NCBI GenBank assembly: GCA_021414205.1
Contig: JAIOOW010000002.1
Location: 18,692-82,691, forward strand
Direction: 5' to 3'
Length of the DNA: 64,000 nucleotides
Source of the DNA: Candidatus Anderseniibacteriota bacterium
GTDB lineage: Bacteria; Patescibacteriota; Andersenbacteria; UBA10190
Shown piece by piece: positions 1 through 10,598 of this stretch (its first letter is position 1; every line of letters starts with the position of its first letter). Below the pieces are notes generated by a model, which ran no database searches, had not been told where the DNA came from, and saw only the letters and a list, made by a program, of their open reading frames with translations. The position numbers and the translations under genes were made by a program.

Positions 1-1
1 T

Positions 2-1324
2 CCAAGATTCTACGGAAACGATAATACATACTGGGGAAAGCGACTTGAAATCGAATATGGATTTTATATCGGGGTAATTCCATTAATGTTGGCAATTTGG
101 TATTTGGCTACACGGCGCCCGATGCATAGATTTTTTACTTGGCTTGGCGTTATCACATTCCTCCTAGCGCTCGGCTCATTATCCCCTTTTCGACTGCTTC
201 ACATTGAGCCATCGTTATGGATTTTCTCCGCCCCGGCTCGCTGGTTATTATTTACAACATTTTCGCTCAGCATATTCGCAGGATTTGGATTTGATGCGCT
301 ATGGAAAAATGGTAAATCAGCACAGAAATTTTTTGCAGTGGCATCTGGAATTATTTTTGCTGGAATATTGATGACAAATATTGCTTTATTTTTCGCACCA
401 GCACCGTCTTTGACTAAGCTGCAATCGATGCTTGTAAGCGCAAGAGCATCGAGCGTTTCTCTCGCATCACCGTACACGTCAATTGCTATTATTTCTTTTA
501 TTGCATTGCCGTTTACCGTCCGCCACAAGCACGGCAAAAAAATCATTCTAATACTATCCGCCCTTGATTTGATTATTATTGCATCTACGACTACGCCAAC
601 GCTTGCCTGGAAATCTATTTTGCAATCGCCTGCAACTATTCAGAGTTTGCCTCAAAATGTTATCGATCATCAATCTCGTATATATTCCATTCGAGATGGC
701 GGAGATACGGGCGCATATTTTACAGACCCATCATCTCGCGCAAATGCAGAAATTCGTCAGCAACAGAAAGATTTGCTCCTACCAATGATGTCTGCACAAT
801 TTAGTGTATACGGCGTAGAGTGGCCGGCATCGCTTGATATACAAGAAATAACCAATGCAACGTCCCAATTGCATTCGAATAACTCAGGCGAGATAGAAGA
901 TATACAGCTCGCTCAACAATTAAATATCGGGGCAGTGTTAACGCAGCAATCAGCAGGAAAAGTTTCTGTGCAGACTATGGACGCAAAACCAAGATTTGAT
1001 ATCAGCAGCGGCAGTGTTCAACTTGTGTCAGAAGAAGCGTCTCTATTACAGCTTGCTACAGATTCGGATACGGCATCCACCCTTATTATTCGCGACACGT
1101 ATTACCCCAATTGGCACGCATATATCGATGGTAATGAAGTGCCAATTCAAAAATCCCCACTCTTTTTCAGGAGCATTCAAGTGCCTGCAGGAAACCATGC
1201 AATTCTCATGAAATATCGCCAACGGACAATCAGAATAGGTGCATACATATCATGTATTGCAGCGATGTTACTAGTGATTATTGCAACAAAAAAACCACGA
1301 AACAAGTCCGTGGTATTAAAATAG
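2..1324 (+). CDS. YfhO-like polytopic membrane protein, C-terminal ~440 aa (5' end lies outside the window). Putative lipid-linked-sugar glycosyltransferase.
   Basis: The reading frame is open all the way to the window start. The protein has many hydrophobic helices and ends with the YYPNWHAYIDGNEV...VPAGNHAILMKY + TM signature of YfhO-family proteins. The same C-terminal signature occurs in three other ORFs in this window. Confidence 0.5.
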   Translation, partial: PRFYGNDNTYWGKRLEIEYGFYIGVIPLMLAIWYLATRRPMHRFFTWLGVITFLLALGSLSPFRLLHIEPSLWIFSAPARWLLFTTFSLSIFAGFGFDALWKNGKSAQKFFAVASGIIFAGILMTNIALFFAPAPSLTKLQSMLVSARASSVSLASPYTSIAIISFIALPFTVRHKHGKKIILILSALDLIIIASTTTPTLAWKSILQSPATIQSLPQNVIDHQSRIYSIRDGGDTGAYFTDPSSRANAEIRQQQKDLLLPMMSAQFSVYGVEWPASLDIQEITNATSQLHSNNSGEIEDIQLAQQLNIGAVLTQQSAGKVSVQTMDAKPRFDISSGSVQLVSEEASLLQLATDSDTASTLIIRDTYYPNWHAYIDGNEVPIQKSPLFFRSIQVPAGNHAILMKYRQRTIRIGAYISCIAAMLLVIIATKKPRNKSVVLK

Positions 1325-1339
1325 AGTTCAACCAAAGCA

Positions 1340-2032
1340 TTACCATACCGCATGCAGCGTATATACGCCGCGATTTCCGAGCACGATCCCTCGACTCATG
1401 GCGTCCCAGGAATCGAATTCGATGTCAGCGGCGTTGAGAAGTAGTTTTTCTTTTGCGTCGCAGAATCGTTTACCAATTCTAATGACGATATTATTTCCTG
1501 CAACATTCCACTCCTCATCGGAATTGATATCGATGATTTTATCTCCGCCAAAAGGGTATATCCCGCGACCCTCAGCGCTCAAAAGAAGAGTATCATCCAT
1601 TAAGACTTCGATTCGATCAGCAGCAGCGTCAGATCCAATGGCGACTGAATTGCGTTTGATGCAACCATCCTCGGCTAACGTATAAATAGACCCTCCGACC
1701 CCGACGCACCATGCTTTGCATGCTTCATGAAAGACCATTTGGCGCTCTCGCAGTATTCCCGCAGGCATTTGAACCCAGTAAGAGTCTATGCACTCCATAG
1801 ATCTCCAGGTCAGTGCTTCTCCCGATAATTCCTCGCGTGTTTGCATGCCGTTCAAATATAGCGTGGCATTGTTTTTTCGTTTTTGTATACATGCAGTAAG
1901 GATTCCTTGTTCGGAAATTGCCCATGGAGCATCGACCGGAGCTTCTCGAAAGTTGCAGATTTCCAAAGTATCGAGCGGTGCCATACCAGTAACGGCTTGC
2001 TGAAATCGCGTAGCGTCAAGTGAAGTGTGCAT
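1340..2032 (-). CDS. Inositol-monophosphatase superfamily phosphatase (IMPase/CysQ-like). Tentative.
   Basis: Weak matches to IMPase motifs: ECIDSY for DPIDGT, and a C-terminal WDAMSRG for WDxAAG. The length of 230 aa is compatible. Not a strong call. Confidence 0.3.
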   Translation of the reverse strand: MHTSLDATRFQQAVTGMAPLDTLEICNFREAPVDAPWAISEQGILTACIQKRKNNATLYLNGMQTREELSGEALTWRSMECIDSYWVQMPAGILRERQMVFHEACKAWCVGVGGSIYTLAEDGCIKRNSVAIGSDAAADRIEVLMDDTLLLSAEGRGIYPFGGDKIIDINSDEEWNVAGNNIVIRIGKRFCDAKEKLLLNAADIEFDSWDAMSRGIVLGNRGVYTLHAVW

Positions 2033-2122
2033 GGAATGTGCCCTTTGCCAGTGAAATGTTCATTCGGAACCAATCGTAGATGAATTTACGCATAAATAAA
2101 TATAATTGTCAATAACGCTACA

Positions 2123-3316
2123 TTGTGCCAAAATACATTCATGAAACTGCTATTTTCCGTGCCGAGCGGATACCATATACGGGAGCTTGTATTGCCGTTG
2201 CGAAGGCATTTGGAGGCGCAAAACGATATTACGGAAGTGCATGTTATAACCCCTGCTGCGAGCATATCTGTTCAAGTATTTCCAGAATGTGGCCAGAAGT
2301 TTATCTTTCATGAAAATCCGAAAAACGACTCCGGGCATAAAGAATTATTTTCTGCAATTCAGCCAGACCGAGTAATTACTAATACTGTTGGCCATGATGC
2401 TCTCGACGAACCCATTCTTCGCATTGCAAAGGAGATGAATATTCCAACAGTAACATTTATCGCAAGCTGGGATAACGTATGGAAAATTGAGCGACTGCTC
2501 AAAAACAATATACCTATTGCTATAGCAGATAGGTTTATTGTTTGGAACAGCATGATGAAAGAACATTTACTCCGAGTGTTCCCTCAAGTTTCTGAAAATA
2601 AGATCGCGATTATCGGCGCTCCAAGAATGGATTATTTTTCTCACATTGATCGCATTGCGAGTAAAGAAATAGTGTATTCAGTATTTGGATTTACGGATAT
2701 ATCTCGCCCATTTATTCATATCGCAACAACGGAACTGTATCCGATGGAATACATCGTAAAAGATATTAAACGAGGCGTGGATGAGAAAAAAATTCCGAAC
2801 AGTCCGTACTTGTATGCATCAGTGCATCCGGGGGGAGATTTGGAAAAATATAAAGCCTTTGAGCAATACGGAGTTACTGTACGATTCTCTCCTGGAAGAA
2901 AAGATCGCATCCCTCTGCAATCATTTCGATACTCCCCTACTGAACAGGATATTTATTTTTTAATCGGAGTATTTAAACACGCCGGGGTTTTAGCGAATCA
3001 CTCCTCTACAGTTGCGCTCGAATCTATGATTGCGGATATTCCTATTGTAAACGTAAAATACGGCATGAAGCTTGATTGGTGGAATTGGTACCGCAGCATG
3101 GTGTATAGGGATTTCCAGCAGCATTATGCTGATTTGGTTTCTGATGGCGCAACCCATATTGCCTCTTCGCCTAAGCAACTCGTAGAAGGTATTGCAACGT
3201 CGCTTACAAATCCGAGTGAGCAGCAACGTAACCGCGCAACAACGGCGAAAAAAATGATTACCACAACGGACGGTACCGCAAGTGAGAAAGTATTAGCGTA
3301 TATTATGGCAATATGA
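2123..3316 (+). CDS. GT-B-fold surface carbohydrate biosynthesis protein, possibly TagB/TagF-like glycerophosphotransferase.
   Basis: The C-terminal half has GVLANHSSTV...IPIV, reminiscent of the LITDYSS block of CDP-glycerol glycerophosphotransferases. Start may be the second ATG at 2141. Weak. Confidence 0.3.
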   Translation: MCQNTFMKLLFSVPSGYHIRELVLPLRRHLEAQNDITEVHVITPAASISVQVFPECGQKFIFHENPKNDSGHKELFSAIQPDRVITNTVGHDALDEPILRIAKEMNIPTVTFIASWDNVWKIERLLKNNIPIAIADRFIVWNSMMKEHLLRVFPQVSENKIAIIGAPRMDYFSHIDRIASKEIVYSVFGFTDISRPFIHIATTELYPMEYIVKDIKRGVDEKKIPNSPYLYASVHPGGDLEKYKAFEQYGVTVRFSPGRKDRIPLQSFRYSPTEQDIYFLIGVFKHAGVLANHSSTVALESMIADIPIVNVKYGMKLDWWNWYRSMVYRDFQQHYADLVSDGATHIASSPKQLVEGIATSLTNPSEQQRNRATTAKKMITTTDGTASEKVLAYIMAI

Positions 3317-3975
3317 ATAATCGAGGAGCAATTACGCTAGTGTTTGATGACGGTTATAAGGACGTTTATGAGCAGGTCGTGCCTTTGCTTGCGCAATATA
3401 ATGTCAAAGCCGTGTTTGCTGTTCCGACATCTCCGGAAAATCAGAAGATTGCCAATGAGTTGGTAGGTAGTATTACAGATTGGAAAAAAGTCGCAGATGC
3501 ATGCGGCCACGAGCTTGCTGGGCATGGCGTTACGCATAATAGCTTGGCAACCATGCCAAAAAATGATATGCAGCAGGAATTGCAAAAGTCACAAGAAATA
3601 ATCAGTGCAACAAGTGTTGTGTACCCGGGCGGAGCATATAATGATGATGTACTTACTGAAACAAAAAAATATTTTACTGCAGGTAGAACAGTAAAATTCG
3701 GGCTTGAAACATTGCCTCCAAAAAAACCGTTCGAATTAAAAACCATAAACTACACGAAGAAGAATTTTAGCGTTGCTCGTGCAAATACATATGCCATGCT
3801 TGCATATTTGCAGGGCAAGTGGCTTATAGAAACATTTCATATGGTTAGAAATACGCATAGCGATATGAATCATTTTGTATATCTGGGCGATCTTGAAGCA
3901 CACTTGGATTTCATTACGTCATTGCCGATTCAAATTGATACAATAAGAGATAGTATGAAACGATATGCAAAATAA
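3313..3975 (+). CDS. Polysaccharide deacetylase (CE4 / NodB-homology domain).
   Basis: TLVFDDGYKDVY (the TFDDG motif), HGVTH His motif, and a size typical of CE4 enzymes. Confidence 0.6.
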   Translation: MNNRGAITLVFDDGYKDVYEQVVPLLAQYNVKAVFAVPTSPENQKIANELVGSITDWKKVADACGHELAGHGVTHNSLATMPKNDMQQELQKSQEIISATSVVYPGGAYNDDVLTETKKYFTAGRTVKFGLETLPPKKPFELKTINYTKKNFSVARANTYAMLAYLQGKWLIETFHMVRNTHSDMNHFVYLGDLEAHLDFITSLPIQIDTIRDSMKRYAK

Positions 3976-4747
3976 ATTACCAATTTCCGTTGTTATTATT
4001 ACAAAGAATGAGGAAAGCAATATTGCTGACTGTATTGCGTCTGTGCAATTTGCTCAAGAAGTTATCGTGGTCGATGCGCATAGTACTGACGAAACAGCAA
4101 GTATTGCAAAAAAACTGGGCGCAAATGTACTTGTTCGGCACTGGGATGGGTATGGATCGCAAAAAAACTTTGGAGCTCAGCAAGCAGCATGCAACTGGGT
4201 ATTATTTCTTGATGCAGATGAGCGGGTGTCATCGGAACTCCAGAAGGTATTACGCGATATGCTAGAGATCACGTGCAGCGTGTACTGGATAACCATACAA
4301 GATATCTTTCTTGGTAAGCGTATGACGCATTTAGTGGGGCACAATCCGCGACTCATTCAAAAAACATTGGCGCATTGGAACGATGCTCACGTTCATGAAA
4401 AAATGATCTATTCCGATTCGGATTCTCAGGCCAAATACAAAGATGGTATTTCTGGAGAAATTCACGCACCCATTGTTCATCAGTCATATACCAGTATCGG
4501 AGCATATTTAGATAAAATGCACCGCTATACGACCCTCGACGCACAAGAAATGCAAAAAACAAACACGCATCGCTCTGGTAAGGCTGTTTCAAAAAGTGTT
4601 CTCCTCCCCTTTTATTTGGCGTTCAAGCAATTTATAAAACTATGTTTTTATAGGCGAGGATTTTTAGACGGCTGGCAAGGCATTGTGTGGTGTGCCCTCT
4701 CGGCATACTATGAGTTTGAAATGGGGCAAAAATATAACGCATTATGA
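3965..4747 (+). CDS. GT2 family glycosyltransferase.
   Basis: N-terminal ISVVIITKNEE...IVVDAHSTDET...FLDADE with a DxD-type motif, the classic GT-A fold of LPS-core/teichuronic-type GT2 enzymes. Overlaps the upstream gene by 11 nt. Confidence 0.75.
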   Translation: MQNKLPISVVIITKNEESNIADCIASVQFAQEVIVVDAHSTDETASIAKKLGANVLVRHWDGYGSQKNFGAQQAACNWVLFLDADERVSSELQKVLRDMLEITCSVYWITIQDIFLGKRMTHLVGHNPRLIQKTLAHWNDAHVHEKMIYSDSDSQAKYKDGISGEIHAPIVHQSYTSIGAYLDKMHRYTTLDAQEMQKTNTHRSGKAVSKSVLLPFYLAFKQFIKLCFYRRGFLDGWQGIVWCALSAYYEFEMGQKYNAL

Positions 4748-5889
4748 GAATTCTCCACACCGCACTTCGGTATCCGCCTGCATCAGGGGGCGCTGAAAAA
4801 TACATTCAAAACATTGTCCAAAAAACGCGGAATGTTGAAAAGGACATGGACGTTCGCGTTCTTACAAGCGCGATGCGTACCCACGGGCCTATTTCGTATC
4901 TTAATCCCGATGCGCTCTTGGATGATCCGCCCTATGTTCAACGCCTATTTGTTTCTAGGACCCCGCTTGTATCATACCCGCGCCTGCAAGCATTGAATTA
5001 TTATATTGGTCACCATAAACCAGATATTCTGCATTCATATGGCTACTGGTATCAACCAGCCGATACTACAGCACGGTATGCTAAAAAACATAAGATACCG
5101 TTCATATTTCACCCTATTTATTATACAAATAGCGTCCGAAGAAAACCCATCTGGAAAGCGTACGATGCACTCATTGGCCGCAAAACATTTGAGCAGGCAG
5201 ATGCTGTTGCTGTTATATCGGAATATGAAAAACAGCTTATTGTAGATGCCGGATATAACGTAAAGCGATTTGTTCATATCCCCCCTGGCGTTGATATGAA
5301 ATTATTTTCCGAAAAACGAGAGAATCCGTTTGTGTCTCGAAATATTTCCGGAACAATTTTGCTATCCATTTCTCGCATCGCAAAATCCAAAGGCCTGCAA
5401 GATACTATCAGGGCGTTGCCGGAAATTAGAAAATCAATACCGGGTGCGTGCTTGGTTATTATCGGTGAAGATTTCGGATACAAAAAAGAATTAGAAACGA
5501 TTGCTGAAAAGCTTGGAGTGACAAATGCAGTACATTATTTTGGCAAAGCCACTGATGATGATGTTATAGCAGCTCTTCAGCACGCAGACGTGTTTATCCA
5601 TGCATCAACGTATGAGGCGTTCGGAATTGTGCTTGCAGAAGCCATGGCCGCAGGCCTCCCGATTGTAGCCAGAGAGTCTACGGCTATCCCCTATGTTGTC
5701 CCGAAAAATAAAGCTGGATTATTGTTCTCCAATAAAAAAGAGCTCGTACAAAATGTTATTTCTATTATAAAGATTCCGCAACTATCACAGCACCTTACTG
5801 ATTTTTCTGCGGAATTGGTGCGTACTACGTATTCCTGGGAACACTCTATTAAAACGCTTGAGAGTTTATATGAAGAATTCAGGAAATAA
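4744..5889 (+). CDS. GT4 family glycosyltransferase (GT-B).
   Basis: C-terminal EAFGIVLAEAMAAGLPIVA (EX7E motif). The start overlaps the upstream stop by 4 nt. Confidence 0.75.
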   Translation: MRILHTALRYPPASGGAEKYIQNIVQKTRNVEKDMDVRVLTSAMRTHGPISYLNPDALLDDPPYVQRLFVSRTPLVSYPRLQALNYYIGHHKPDILHSYGYWYQPADTTARYAKKHKIPFIFHPIYYTNSVRRKPIWKAYDALIGRKTFEQADAVAVISEYEKQLIVDAGYNVKRFVHIPPGVDMKLFSEKRENPFVSRNISGTILLSISRIAKSKGLQDTIRALPEIRKSIPGACLVIIGEDFGYKKELETIAEKLGVTNAVHYFGKATDDDVIAALQHADVFIHASTYEAFGIVLAEAMAAGLPIVARESTAIPYVVPKNKAGLLFSNKKELVQNVISIIKIPQLSQHLTDFSAELVRTTYSWEHSIKTLESLYEEFRK

Positions 5890-6940
5890 GAAGGTTCTTT
5901 TTCTTTCTCTTTCCGGAATCGGCAATTTGATCATGCAATTGCCAGCTATTAAAGTTGTTAAAGATGTGCATCCTGACTGGCATATTACTGTTTGTGTAGC
6001 ACCTCGAGGAACAAAAAGTATTGCACAGGCGCAATCGTATATTGATGAAGTTATTGAGATGCCTATTAAGGCGAGTATGTTAAAGCATGCAAAAAATATT
6101 CTCGCACTTCAGAAGCATCATTTTGATATAGGCGTTGTGTTATCCCCCGGCCAATTGCTAAAAAGCGCATTATATCTTTTTTTATCAGGAATTCCGGTTC
6201 GTATCGGTCACGCGTACCCGTTTCGCGGCAGGCAGCATGCCGATAATTTTCTTACTCAAGCGCTTATCGAGAAACCTCAGATGCACGATATTGAGCAAAA
6301 CCTTGAACTAGTTGAATCCTTACTAAGTGAGCCTGTAAGGTTTGGAACGTATGATTTTCAAATTCCCGAACATAGCATTGAAGAAGCGCAATATCTCTTA
6401 CAATCGCTCGTCCATAGCGCTGTATCCTCACCTATTTTTATTGGATTTCATCCGGGATCAGCGAAAGGGTTTACTTGGAAGCGTTGGCCATTGGAGCGAT
6501 TCGCAGAAGTTGCGCGAGCATTACATAAAAAGAATCCGAATACAATCTTTTTAATTTTTGGAAGTAACGATGAGGAGCAGCAGAAAAGAGAGCTCGTAAA
6601 TATGATAAACGAACATGCACCTTCAGCTGCATTTCATATTACTGCCCCCCTACTCACAACTGCTGCGATTATGAAGCGTTGTAGCCTCTTTATCTCAAAT
6701 GATTCTGGGCTCATGCACATAGCATCCGCCATAGACATTCCAACCATTGGCCTCTTCGGCCCCACAGACGAACGACAGACGGGCCCCAGGGGTTCTCATA
6801 GCGCTGCATTACGATCACAAGGCACTCAGCCAGTATATAACACTGAATCAGCGCCTAGCTTTGGCAATACTGCCCATAGCTCTATCCTTGAGATATCTTC
6901 CAAATTCGTACTTGACAATATACCAAGTAACGTCCTATAA
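5858..6940 (+). CDS. GT9 family glycosyltransferase (ADP-heptose-dependent heptosyltransferase, RfaF/RfaC-like).
   Basis: Residue-level similarity to heptosyltransferases: FLSLSGIGNLIMQLP...VCVAP; GFHPGSAKGFTWKRWP (CPGAEFGPAKRWP in E. coli RfaF); ISNDSGLMHIASAIDIPTIGLFGPT (TNDSGLMHVAAAL...LYGPS in E. coli RfaF). Consistent with hldD/hldE at the other end of the window. Confidence 0.7.
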   Translation: MRVYMKNSGNKKVLFLSLSGIGNLIMQLPAIKVVKDVHPDWHITVCVAPRGTKSIAQAQSYIDEVIEMPIKASMLKHAKNILALQKHHFDIGVVLSPGQLLKSALYLFLSGIPVRIGHAYPFRGRQHADNFLTQALIEKPQMHDIEQNLELVESLLSEPVRFGTYDFQIPEHSIEEAQYLLQSLVHSAVSSPIFIGFHPGSAKGFTWKRWPLERFAEVARALHKKNPNTIFLIFGSNDEEQQKRELVNMINEHAPSAAFHITAPLLTTAAIMKRCSLFISNDSGLMHIASAIDIPTIGLFGPTDERQTGPRGSHSAALRSQGTQPVYNTESAPSFGNTAHSSILEISSKFVLDNIPSNVL

Positions 6941-7153
6941 TATTTTCGGGTGTTCTGGTCTTTTCTCAAGGGGTCTACCATGGAAACTATCATCGATGCT
7001 TTTCGAACCGCAAGTCTGAGTTACTGGTTGGCATTGGGTGTCGTAGTGCTTGGTTTGTGTGTTGTTTGTTTTAAGCAAAGAAAACAAACAGGAAAATAAA
7101 CGACCCGTTGCGCCACTTCGACCTTCTGCGTTCCTTTCTAGGGGCGCAGTTAT

Positions 7154-8380
7154 TTATTTTATAGACATTTCTTTATAAAATTCTTCATGGTGTTTGGCAA
7201 TTTTTTCTTGTGTAAAGTTCTCTGCTACAGCATGTCGCGCATCTTTGCCCATTTGAACTGCTGTAAGCTGGCCCATCGTAAGTGCTTGAACAAGCGCGTC
7301 TTCTAGTTCGCGCACATTTCCTCGTTCAAATAATATCCCCGTTTTCTGATTATCAATCATTTCAACTGCTCCACCGACATTGCTTGCTATAACAATCTTT
7401 CCTCGTGCCATACCCTCTAGCACTGTTCTGCCAAATGGTTCTACCCACAGGTGCGGAGCAACAAGTATGCTAGCTTTATCTATAAGCGATCGAAGTCGAT
7501 GATACGGTACATGCGGCAAAAATGTCGTCCTATATCCAATCCCCCATAATGATGCCAGGTGCTCATATTCTTTTTGCTGCGCGCCATTTCCTGCGATAGT
7601 CAGATGAGCTTTCGGGTATTCTTTTGCAACACGCTTCCACGCTTCAAGAAGTAGTCGAACGCCTTTATACATCTCTACTCGGCCGATATATAAGATATTT
7701 CCAGCTACGCCAGCTTCTGTTGGGGTAGCAAGATATTCCTGCCCGATTGGATTATAGATAACGCTCGTGTGTTGCTTTGAAATATCCTGGTGTTGCGCAA
7801 TAACGGCCTGCTCTTCATGTGAAATAAATATTTGATGCTTAAAACTGGCAAAGGCATTTTTCCGATAGCCGCGATTATACATGTATTGCCAAATCCTAAA
7901 AGGTTTACGGATAAATGATGCTTCGTGTACTCGATGGCATTGCCATAACTCGTGCAATCCCTGGCAGCCTTGTTCAATATTGCCATTGTATTGAATATTA
8001 TTTGTACAGCCGGATATCTGCGCATAATCACGAGCCGTAACCACCGACTTTGGAGACTCGAGATGTGAGAGCATGAGCGCGCTCCTGAAATCATGGGCAT
8101 GAATAACATCATATGTTCGCCAATCTTTTATTGCTCGCTTAAACATCCTATACGATGCCGTGCTTTGTGCGCGTTCAAACAATGGTTTTTGCCGCAAGAA
8201 CAGCGGAACTACTTGCACGGGTACAGAATCAACGATTTTACGTTCTTTATGCTCCCCGTCTGTGACAACGAGCACGTCGTGTCCGAGAGAAATTAACCCT
8301 TGAGCAATGATGTGTGTTGAAATTTCCCCACCGCCCTTTGACTCGGGGGGGTATTGAGCTGAAATAAAAAGGATTTTCAT
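7154..8380 (-). CDS. GT4 family glycosyltransferase.
   Basis: N-terminal ILFISAQYPPESKGGGE and C-terminal EPFGRTVLEGMARGKIVIAS (EX7E). Confidence 0.75.
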   Translation of the reverse strand: MKILFISAQYPPESKGGGEISTHIIAQGLISLGHDVLVVTDGEHKERKIVDSVPVQVVPLFLRQKPLFERAQSTASYRMFKRAIKDWRTYDVIHAHDFRSALMLSHLESPKSVVTARDYAQISGCTNNIQYNGNIEQGCQGLHELWQCHRVHEASFIRKPFRIWQYMYNRGYRKNAFASFKHQIFISHEEQAVIAQHQDISKQHTSVIYNPIGQEYLATPTEAGVAGNILYIGRVEMYKGVRLLLEAWKRVAKEYPKAHLTIAGNGAQQKEYEHLASLWGIGYRTTFLPHVPYHRLRSLIDKASILVAPHLWVEPFGRTVLEGMARGKIVIASNVGGAVEMIDNQKTGILFERGNVRELEDALVQALTMGQLTAVQMGKDARHAVAENFTQEKIAKHHEEFYKEMSIK

Positions 8381-9549
8381 AAATATTTTTTATAGAGCTC
8401 AAGTGTTTGTAAAGCCGCCTTATCCCAAGAAAACATCTTACTTCGCTGAAGCCCTTTTGCTATAAACGATTCTTTGATTCCGCCGCTTTCAAATAATTCC
8501 GAAATACTCTTTGCATACCCTTCGACATCATCGGGGCTATGCATAATCCCGGCATCCCCAACTACTTCCGGTAATGAGGTTGCGTTTGAACATACTACAG
8601 GGCAACCTGAAGCCATTGCTTCGAGTACAGGCATCCCAAATCCTTCTTGATAGGATGGCAGGAGAAGCGCATCTGCTACATGATATGCGTCTAGTAACAT
8701 TTCCTGAGAAATTTTTCCGAGTATGCGAATATTGTCTTTTAATGCCAACTCATCAACTATATGCAAAAATTCTTTCCTGGCATCAAGGAAGCCTGGTTCC
8801 CCAATTTTTAATAGCAATATGTTCGGATATTGCTCTTTAAGTTTTGCGATAACGTGCAGAGTTGTTGCAAGATTTTTTCGAGGGTGGTCGGATCCTACAG
8901 AAAGAATGATCGGGCTATCTTTGGGCAGCTGAAGACTTTTTACCAATTCATGATAGCTAATTGTCTTCTTAAAATCTTGTATAGGCTTAAAATCTTCATT
9001 CACCCCATTGTATATAACCGATATTCGTTTTTCTGAAATTCTAAAATATCGAACTATTTCCTTTTTCACATATTCTGAAACAGCGATAATATGATTCGCT
9101 TTTGTAATCCCGCCAAGTAAGCGCTTGTTTAAGAGCCTTGCAAGGGGGTGTTGGGGGTTTGTGAGTTCGATAATGTCATGCACCGTAACAACGGACGGTG
9201 TTCTGGTGTTTGCTATAAAAGACAGCGTTTGATTGGACAAGTCGTACCCCTCAAATGCTGGAATATTCTTTGCGAGACGCATCCAGGAAATACTTTTTGT
9301 TCCCAGAATGCTCGGCCATGGCGCTATTGATCCCGTAGCTGACCCGTCTACGGATAAGGTATTGCGCCCGCCATCTAGGACGATTGTATGGATCGCGAAA
9401 TCATCATCTTTTGGCATATGTAATGCAATCTGATGAGCGCGTGACCCAACTCCGGAATCCTCTTTAGCGTTTGTAATAATGGCAATATTTTTCTTCATAC
9501 CGTAAGAGACGTATATACTGCGACAGTTTTTTCTGCTACATCTTTCCAA
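8377..9549 (-). CDS. GT4 family glycosyltransferase.
   Basis: [33 protein letters not shown] (EX7E). 4-nt overlap with the downstream gene. Confidence 0.75.
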   Translation of the reverse strand: MERCSRKNCRSIYVSYGMKKNIAIITNAKEDSGVGSRAHQIALHMPKDDDFAIHTIVLDGGRNTLSVDGSATGSIAPWPSILGTKSISWMRLAKNIPAFEGYDLSNQTLSFIANTRTPSVVTVHDIIELTNPQHPLARLLNKRLLGGITKANHIIAVSEYVKKEIVRYFRISEKRISVIYNGVNEDFKPIQDFKKTISYHELVKSLQLPKDSPIILSVGSDHPRKNLATTLHVIAKLKEQYPNILLLKIGEPGFLDARKEFLHIVDELALKDNIRILGKISQEMLLDAYHVADALLLPSYQEGFGMPVLEAMASGCPVVCSNATSLPEVVGDAGIMHSPDDVEGYAKSISELFESGGIKESFIAKGLQRSKMFSWDKAALQTLELYKKYL

Positions 9550-10598
9550 GTTGTCTTGGTAGCTTGCGCAAGGCCTTTTTGAGTAAGCATGTTTTTCTTA
9601 TCTTCATCGTTTAGTAATTCAGCCATTTGTTTTGCAAGATTTTCTGTAAAATTCTGATCATGCAACCTGCTCTGTAATATGTCTCTAGAAAATGGCACGA
9701 CAATCCCTGCATCTCCAACTACTTCCGGCAACGATCCGCCATTGCTTACTATAACCGGCGTTCCGCATGCCATCGCTTCTTGTGGCGGGAATCCCCACCC
9801 TTCATATGTTGAAGGCCATACAAAAATATCAGCATTGCTATATAAGGCAGGCAAGTCGTTATACGGGACATTCTCACGGAACTTGATTCTATCCGCATAT
9901 GCAGATGCCTGGGCATACGCTTGAGATGTATCTTGTTTATTGGCTGGCTTCCCCGCAATTATAAGCATATGCGGAATTTTGTCCGCAATTAATTCAAATG
10001 CCTGTATGAGTGTCGTTATATTCTTGCGCTCATCCCATGTGCCGACAAATAGAATATATGGTGTACTTGGAGCTAGTTGGGTTGTGCTTGGCTTAAAATG
10101 TTCTGTATCAACAGCAAGTGTCGTAACGGTTATCTTGGATTCCGAAACATGTAATAATCTGCTGATATCTTGCTTGCTTTGCTGCGAAATCGTAATGATA
10201 CTATCTGCATGCGTTGCTGCGTATTGCAGTGTTTTGGGCCAATATTTTTTCCGTAAAAACGACTGCGTTTCAGGCAAGAGAAGAGGAATGACATCGTATA
10301 TAGTTACCACCGTAGGGGCGTATTTCTTGCGAGGAATTGCAGCCTTGGTAAAATGCACAATATCGGGATTGGTTGCCCGAATATGTTTTGCCACCGGCCC
10401 GCTAAGCCAATACGGCACGAGGAGCTCGGAACGCAACGGAGTCGCAGAATCTCTAGCCCCCGTTATGATATCGAGAGTAAGCTCATGATTTTTTTGTAGC
10501 TCAGCAATAATATTCTGAGCATACGATTTAATTCCGCCACTGGTAGCGGTAATAGCTCGCGCTTCAATTGCTATGTTCATAGGTAGTAATGGTATCAA
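9495..10598 (-). CDS. GT4 family glycosyltransferase.
   Basis: [33 protein letters not shown], a paralogue of the previous gene. The starts and stops overlap. Confidence 0.7.
   Translation of the reverse strand: MIPLLPMNIAIEARAITATSGGIKSYAQNIIAELQKNHELTLDIITGARDSATPLRSELLVPYWLSGPVAKHIRATNPDIVHFTKAAIPRKKYAPTVVTIYDVIPLLLPETQSFLRKKYWPKTLQYAATHADSIITISQQSKQDISRLLHVSESKITVTTLAVDTEHFKPSTTQLAPSTPYILFVGTWDERKNITTLIQAFELIADKIPHMLIIAGKPANKQDTSQAYAQASAYADRIKFRENVPYNDLPALYSNADIFVWPSTYEGWGFPPQEAMACGTPVIVSNGGSLPEVVGDAGIVVPFSRDILQSRLHDQNFTENLAKQMAELLNDEDKKNMLTQKGLAQATKTTWKDVAEKTVAVYTSLTV

Noticed and set aside
2100-2140. A possible divergent promoter (ttgtca-N17-caaaat) upstream of the 2123 gene, implying a leaderless start at the second ATG (2141).
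   Set aside because: The -10 match is poor. It is mentioned under that gene only.
6979-7074. A 31-codon ORF (METIIDAFRTASLSLLVGIGCRSAWFVCCLF) in the GT9-GT4 convergent gap, possibly a small membrane peptide.
   Set aside because: Too short to support, with no convincing RBS, and it overlaps the tail of another frame. A weak hairpin (ctgcg-N14-cgcag plus a T-run at about 7121..7153) in the same gap is also too weak to call a terminator.
7100-7150. Checked the GC-rich stretch (ggggcgcag...cgggtcg) for a tRNA.
   Set aside because: No T-loop (GTTCRA) or anticodon-arm geometry is present. It is only a weak inverted repeat.
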